In this document: positions 62,284 to 64,000 of the stretch, in pieces
How positions within the stretch are numbered: position 1 is the stretch's first letter
Layout: every line of letters begins with the position of its first letter
IMG/VR virus record: IMGVR_UViG_2563367173_000002
Location: 46,562-110,561 of that record
Length of the DNA stretch: 64,000 bases
Strand: one strand, 5' to 3'
DNA from: a virus
Taxonomy: Duplodnaviria > Caudoviricetes
Translations under genes and position numbers: made by a program
Notes under the pieces: generated by a model
Seen by the model: the letters and a program-made list of their open reading frames with translations, nothing else
Database searches by the model: none
What the model was told of the DNA's origin: nothing

Positions 62284-62475
62284 TCATTTCAACTGTAAAC
62301 AAAATTCCAATTCAGCAACTTCTGTTTTCAATTTTTTAATTTCCAATAGTGAACTGATTGCATTATCCTCATATGTTGCTGAATCCATATTTTTTATGTC
62401 AATTCTAAAATATTCCTGCTGTCGCTCTAATTCTCTTTTCTTAGCAGCAAGCCTCTGTTCCATAACTTCTATCAT
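62284..62475 (-). CDS. small coiled-coil protein (3' fragment duplicated at about 59010-59107)
   Basis: YEDNAISSLLEIKKLKTEVAELEFCLQLK. Confidence 0.6.
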   Translation of the reverse strand: MIEVMEQRLAAKKRELERQQEYFRIDIKNMDSATYEDNAISSLLEIKKLKTEVAELEFCLQLK

Positions 62476-62514
62476 ATAAACCTCCTATCTCAGGCAATGA
62501 AATAATCCTATTAA

Positions 62515-63144
62515 CTATATCTCTAATGTTTTAATACATTTTCTTAAACAATCCTTTAATGGTTGTAATTCGTTTTTTAAATACCAATTATTTAGGGTTA
62601 CATTAAATTCTTCTGCATTATCTTTTCCAATTGTCAAGATTCCCTCGCCATTTTCTATTAATATTTTACTGGCTACCATTGTAGAAGTCCTCTTGTTTCC
62701 ATCCCAAAATAACTGTTGCTTACAGGCATATGCAAAATATTCTAACGCTCTATCAATAGGACTATTTATCCCCTTTATCCGTTCAATTTCCTTTAGAACA
62801 TTTTCTTTGATCGGAATACTCGGTATAAAATCTCCAACACCTACTGTTCCTTTTCGCAATATTCCCCATTCAAGACTTTCATTTCTTGATACATACTCGT
62901 TTATCTTACAAATATATTCTAACGTTAAAGCCACATCCACTGAACTTATTATAAATTTCCATCCATCTCTAAGATTTAGAACTGTTTGTATGTCATCTAC
63001 AGATATTCCACTAACAACAGCTCCATCAATAATAGTCTGTGTTTGTGGGAAAGTTACATTACAACCTTCTATATATGCAGTATTAAATACAAGTTCTGTA
63101 AATGTTTTTTTCGCCAAGAATATATTTTGTTCTCGTGTAAGCAT
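62515..63144 (-). CDS. Fic/Doc family protein
   Basis: AYIEG; QLFWDGNKRTS (catalytic His replaced by Gln). Confidence 0.8.
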   Translation of the reverse strand: MLTREQNIFLAKKTFTELVFNTAYIEGCNVTFPQTQTIIDGAVVSGISVDDIQTVLNLRDGWKFIISSVDVALTLEYICKINEYVSRNESLEWGILRKGTVGVGDFIPSIPIKENVLKEIERIKGINSPIDRALEYFAYACKQQLFWDGNKRTSTMVASKILIENGEGILTIGKDNAEEFNVTLNNWYLKNELQPLKDCLRKCIKTLEI

Positions 63145-63759
63145 ATATAATTCCTCCGTTTAACACCATATTTGTTTAATATAATATTCTTTATTTACAT
63201 TTTATTATCTTATGCTGTCTGTCGTAATCTTTTCATTAAAATATTTTTTGCAACATAGATATCTTTATTATGACACACACCATGATGCATCCAATATTAA
63301 TTTTTACAGATGATGATTATTTGCCATCTATATAGTTACATCATGTGTTTTTTCATTTCACCAGTTTTAAGAAACATGTTTCTTTTTATATTGATTTTTT
63401 GGTACAAATCTATTCCAATCAACCTTAGTTTCCCACTTTTCTTGATGGTTCCTACCATAAACTTTATGCCATTCCTCTAAACTCATTACATGTACAGCAT
63501 TTCCAATCCTAACTGTCACCATCTGATTTCCACAACATTCAAATTCCTTTATTATTTTGTATTCAAAATTAATCATTTAGTACCCTCCCTATTATATCAT
63601 ATTCTACTAATTAAAACCACTAGAATATTCTCTTATCCAGCTCTGACGATTAAAAATTTTTCGCAAAAAAACCTCCCATTTTGCGGGAAAATAAGCGATA
63701 ATATAATTAACCCAAAATTATTTTTTCGCATTATGCACGTAAAGAAGGGAGGCTTTTTT

Positions 63760-64000
63760 ATGAAAACAAAAGTGACACGGAAAGAGGCACGTAAACATCT
63801 GGAACAGTTTCATCTTGCAGTAGAACTTGTTAAGGTTATAAAACATTTTTTCCCTGACCTGGCCCGCCTGTTAAAACAGACAGAAGATCCCAGAAATCAG
63901 AGTTACATTACCTATCCCAATGTCATACTTCTCATGACCCGTATCCTTTCTTCTATATTCTATATCAGCAGCATGAGAAAAACAAGCCAGAAATTTAATT
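63760..64000 (+). mobile_element. 5' end of a transposase gene (DDE_Tnp_1-associated N-terminus), truncated by the window
   Basis: MKTKVTRKE...HFFPDL..LL....DPRNQSYITY; GGGAGG RBS. Confidence 0.65.

Noticed and set aside
1-64000. CRISPR arrays, tRNA and rRNA genes
   Set aside because: None recognised by eye; a tRNAscan/Infernal run would be needed to exclude small RNAs.

Overview
AT-rich segment of a large, partly decayed temperate phage or phage-like element in a Clostridia (probably Lachnospiraceae-type) host; nearly all genes are on the - strand and no virion structural genes are visible. Left part: SNF2 helicase, three DNA methyltransferases, a PAPS-reductase-family gene, a vWA protein, a radical SAM enzyme beside three paralogues sharing an N-terminal 'FETNSSSxHSL' motif, RNA-repair/anti-defence enzymes (DHH, CCA-adding, RlaP-like NTase, SLOG, macrodomain, Thg1, Mesh1-like HD) and a complete diversity-generating retroelement (target-avd-TR-RT; 16 TR/VR differences, all at adenines). 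Middle: four ParB/Srx-fold genes including a sigma-factor-DUF262 fusion, XRE/ImmA regulators and a tyrosine recombinase. Right part: IS110 (internally deleted), IS66, a MITE, TA modules and many small hypothetical genes. The most striking unexplained signal is a 16-bp dyad TRAAA-N6-WTTYA found at 19 gene junctions, often overlapping the stop codon and just before the next RBS. It brackets single genes and whole modules, including the DGR, in an integron-cassette-like way. All calls come from reading the sequence and motifs by eye; no searches were run.
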